Source: a virus
DNA: 64,000 bases
Direction: 5' to 3' (one strand)
Virus record (IMG/VR): IMGVR_UViG_3300009849_000001
Location: 1-64,000 of that record
The notes beneath the pieces were generated by a model. That model ran no database searches, was not told the DNA's origin, and saw nothing but the letters and a program-made list of their open reading frames with translations. The first letter of the stretch is position 1, and each line of letters starts with the position of its first letter. Made by a program: the position numbers and the translations under genes. Positions 63,820 through 64,000 of the stretch are shown here, piece after piece.

Positions 63820-64000
63820 TTATGGGATTATTAATTCAAAATGAGGTCCGTCATCAAAATTTTGGTCTATTAATATGACTCCATCCATATCCCAATTACC
63901 ACCCCACCTTATCTTGTGTTTTGTTTTCCCCGTGGAAAAATAAGTTTCCGATACAACATGTATGATTCCTGCTAAATAACACAACTGCTCAATATCCCAA
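63820..64000 (-). CDS. Peptidase M15-type endolysin (L-alanyl-D-glutamate / D-Ala-D-Ala peptidase-like), C-terminal 59 codons; the start lies beyond the right edge
   Basis: Not in the track (no start in the window). Hand translation WDIEQLCYLAGIIHVVSETYFSTGKTKHKIRWGGNWDMDGVILIDQNFDDGPHFELIIP* carries the WGG.W....D..HFE signature. Stop at 63820-63822. Confidence 0.65.
   Translation of the reverse strand, partial: WDIEQLCYLAGIIHVVSETYFSTGKTKHKIRWGGNWDMDGVILIDQNFDDGPHFELIIP

Overview
The window is one continuous, densely packed, AT-rich dsDNA phage genome segment. About 100 genes are present and all but two are on the minus strand. It looks like a packaged or circular phage form rather than an integrated prophage. 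The host is probably a member of the Bacteroidota: at least 13 intergenic TAnnTTTG -7 boxes are visible and Shine-Dalgarno sequences are almost absent. In the direction of transcription (right to left) the modules are: (1) Lysis-like cassette: a C-terminal fragment of an M15 peptidase endolysin, a lipoprotein and an OMP-like protein. (2) About 55 small early genes, including a gp2.5-like SSB, MazG-like, HAD, DnaQ-like exonuclease, PP-loop/PAPS-reductase-like and RusA-like proteins, three DNA methyltransferases and one of two DUF2829/Tad2-like genes. (3) A repeat-rich regulatory gap next to a Cro/CI-like HTH gene. (4) An accessory/lysogeny-like island: a large N6-adenine methyltransferase, a plus-strand catalytic-domain-only tyrosine recombinase, a 1.2-kb ORF-free repeat-laden spacer and a serine recombinase. 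(5) Replication genes: an initiator-like protein, a DnaC-like loader and DnaB. (6) Middle genes, with the second DUF2829 gene and KilA-N paralogues. (7) A 450-nt noncoding structured leader. (8) The late operon: TerL, portal, scaffold, major capsid, connector-size proteins and a run of giant virion proteins, the last of which runs off the left edge and is missing from the ORF track. The most unusual signals are: a 166-codon +1-frame ORF nested in a compact C5-methyltransferase, with methyltransferase-like motifs in both frames; the recombinase-flanked 1.2-kb noncoding region; the promoter/terminator/structured-RNA leader ahead of the late operon; iteron-like palindromic tandem repeats; and a conserved terminator-promoter cassette present four times. 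All functional calls come from motif recognition by eye. No searches were run.
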